Shown here piece by piece: positions 31,622-33,129 of a stretch of 33,129 bases of DNA. The stretch spans positions 1 through 33,129 of IMG/VR virus record IMGVR_UViG_3300014325_000010; one strand, 5' to 3'. A program made the position numbers and the translations under genes. The stretch's first letter is position 1. Each line of letters starts with the position of its first letter. This stretch comes from a virus. The notes beneath the pieces are model-generated. The model saw only the letters and a program-made list of their open reading frames with translations, was not told the origin of the DNA and ran no database searches.

Positions 31622-33129
31622 GGTGTTGCTACAGCTACTCCAGAAACTTCGGTTGCGTCTCCACTATACCCAACAGCATTATATGCTTGAATAGAAATAT
31701 AATAGGTTAACCCAACCACAAGACCAGTAATCACATAGGTTGTTGTATCACCCGCATCTCGAGCATTTGTGTAGACCCCACTTACGGTCCCCCACTGAAC
31801 AACATACCCTTCAATAGCTTCTTCTTCCGGATTTGGATCCCATCCAATAGTTATTTGCCCAGATTCTCCAACAAGGTCAACATAATGAGCAACTAATGTT
31901 GTATCAACGGAAATGCTGATAGTTGTTGTTGGACTTGACGAATCTGCAACAGCACCACCAGTCCAAGTCGAAAACATTTGACCAGGTGGTGGTGGATCTG
32001 CACTAACACTAATTACATCTGTCGAGAGGTAGTCACCATCACCAGATCCATTCGTTACAGTAAGGTGATGAGTAGAAACTGTGGAATTAACCGTAACTGT
32101 AAAGCTACACGAAACTGTTTGTCCGTCGGCTGAAACAGCAGTATATGTGACTCCTGTTATTCCAACTTCAAATTCACTTCCAGAAGGAATATCATAAGAT
32201 CCAGTAATTGGCGAACGCCCACCAGTAACAACCGGATCAGAATAGGTGACAACAACTGGATCACCATCAGAAGAAGTTCGAACAAGATTACCAGGACACA
32301 CTATTCGAAGCGTTGTGTATTGCGAGATAAGATCTTGAACATCAATCGCCTCAAAAGTCACTGAACAATTTGGCTGATTTATCCTTTGGGATATTATCCA
32401 ACAGGCATTGTCTTGCCAACCATTTGAACCACGACCATTAAAATGTGTGATAGACAATCCATCTAAAACATCTCGTTTCAATCCACACAAAGATTGTGCA
32501 TAAGTTGCCGACAGTCGAACTTGAGATCTAAAATCTAATTGTTGACCAGCTATAGTATCTGCAGTTGCTTCATCACGAACCATAGGATACGTGATAGACT
32601 TCGTAATTACACCATACTTGACTTTAGACGGTGCATTTCCAATGATGTTAAAACCGTTCCAAGATCCGGTATTGTCATTTCTATAATTTGGTGCATACTG
32701 ATAACCAAAATCATTACACAGCCAATCACGTTTTTTCTGAATACTGAATCTTGGCTCCGCAAGAATATCACGTCGATCATTAATTGTAGTTGATGAACCA
32801 ATAAATTTTTCTCTACGTCTATCGAGCATCACAACTTTGAGTTGCTGATACTGCGATTGACAAAACATCAAATTGAAGGATTGAAGTATGTCCGCCCAAA
32901 CTTGCCTTACAGATTGTCGTTGACCACCTGCACCAATTACAAATCCTCCGATAAATCCACCAACCAAATATGAAGAAGCTACTTCTGAAGCGATATCAAA
33001 ACTCGCTGTATCCACTCGACAAATAAAGTCACCATTACCAGGATATGATTCAAATTTAGGCGATGCTAACCAACTCCCAGTTTTGAATGATTGCAACAAC
33101 CAATTGATCAATATGTATTTAGCTTGAAT
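31618..33129 (-). CDS. Large FN3/Ig-like-domain protein. Partial: the 5' end runs off the window.
   Basis: The C-terminal FN3-like module (...YVVQWGTVSGVYTNARDAGDTTTYVITGLVVGLTYYISIQAYN...) is on the 31618 side. No stop is seen upstream of the track's TTG start at 33111, so the ORF continues to the window edge. Confidence 0.6.
   Translation of the reverse strand: MQAKYILINWLLQSFKTGSWLASPKFESYPGNGDFICRVDTASFDIASEVASSYLVGGFIGGFVIGAGGQRQSVRQVWADILQSFNLMFCQSQYQQLKVVMLDRRREKFIGSSTTINDRRDILAEPRFSIQKKRDWLCNDFGYQYAPNYRNDNTGSWNGFNIIGNAPSKVKYGVITKSITYPMVRDEATADTIAGQQLDFRSQVRLSATYAQSLCGLKRDVLDGLSITHFNGRGSNGWQDNACWIISQRINQPNCSVTFEAIDVQDLISQYTTLRIVCPGNLVRTSSDGDPVVVTYSDPVVTGGRSPITGSYDIPSGSEFEVGITGVTYTAVSADGQTVSCSFTVTVNSTVSTHHLTVTNGSGDGDYLSTDVISVSADPPPPGQMFSTWTGGAVADSSSPTTTISISVDTTLVAHYVDLVGESGQITIGWDPNPEEEAIEGYVVQWGTVSGVYTNARDAGDTTTYVITGLVVGLTYYISIQAYNAVGYSGDATEVSGVAVATP

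Overview
AT-rich (about 40% GC), densely packed window with almost every gene on the + strand until roughly 30 kb, then a convergent block on the - strand. Gene content points to a large virulent dsDNA phage, or a phage-like element, of a low-GC host. I cannot assign it further.

What I can support from sequence:
- **Thymidine modification cluster:** a thymidylate-synthase-family hydroxymethylase, a P-loop kinase, a candidate pyrophosphorylase and an orphan 322-aa ORF, with a dCTP deaminase nearby.
- **Replication and nucleotide enzymes:** a DnaQ-like 3'-5' exonuclease and an SNF2-family helicase.
- **Selfish nucleases:** HNH homing endonucleases (at least four, with NUMOD3-like repeats) and two paralogous DUF559-like nucleases. 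One of these looks split by an in-frame amber codon.
- **Small and accessory proteins:** a SpoVG-like protein and at least ten tiny Cys4 zinc-ribbon ORFs.
- **NAD+ salvage:** Nampt plus an NMNAT-Nudix fusion.
- **tRNA and GC island:** one type-II tRNA-Leu(UAA), immediately followed by an ~0.8-kb GC-rich island that looks horizontally acquired.
- **Structured leader:** a GC-rich structured non-coding leader at about 15.9-16.2 kb, with pseudoknot-capable stems and a start codon buried in a hairpin.
- **Zn-finger/SLOG/ligase operon:** translationally coupled, driven by a near-consensus sigma70-like promoter.
- **Cellular-type membrane genes:** SPFH lipoprotein, YkgJ CxxCxxCC protein and TPM/YgcG protein.
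- **Convergent minus-strand block:** secreted or lipoprotein-type genes, including a pectate-lyase-like beta-helix protein and a partial FN3/Ig protein.

No rRNA, CRISPR array, integrase or transposase was seen. Features not in the ORF track were positioned by counting bases from the printed sequence lines and anchoring to neighbouring track ORFs; treat them as accurate to a few nt.
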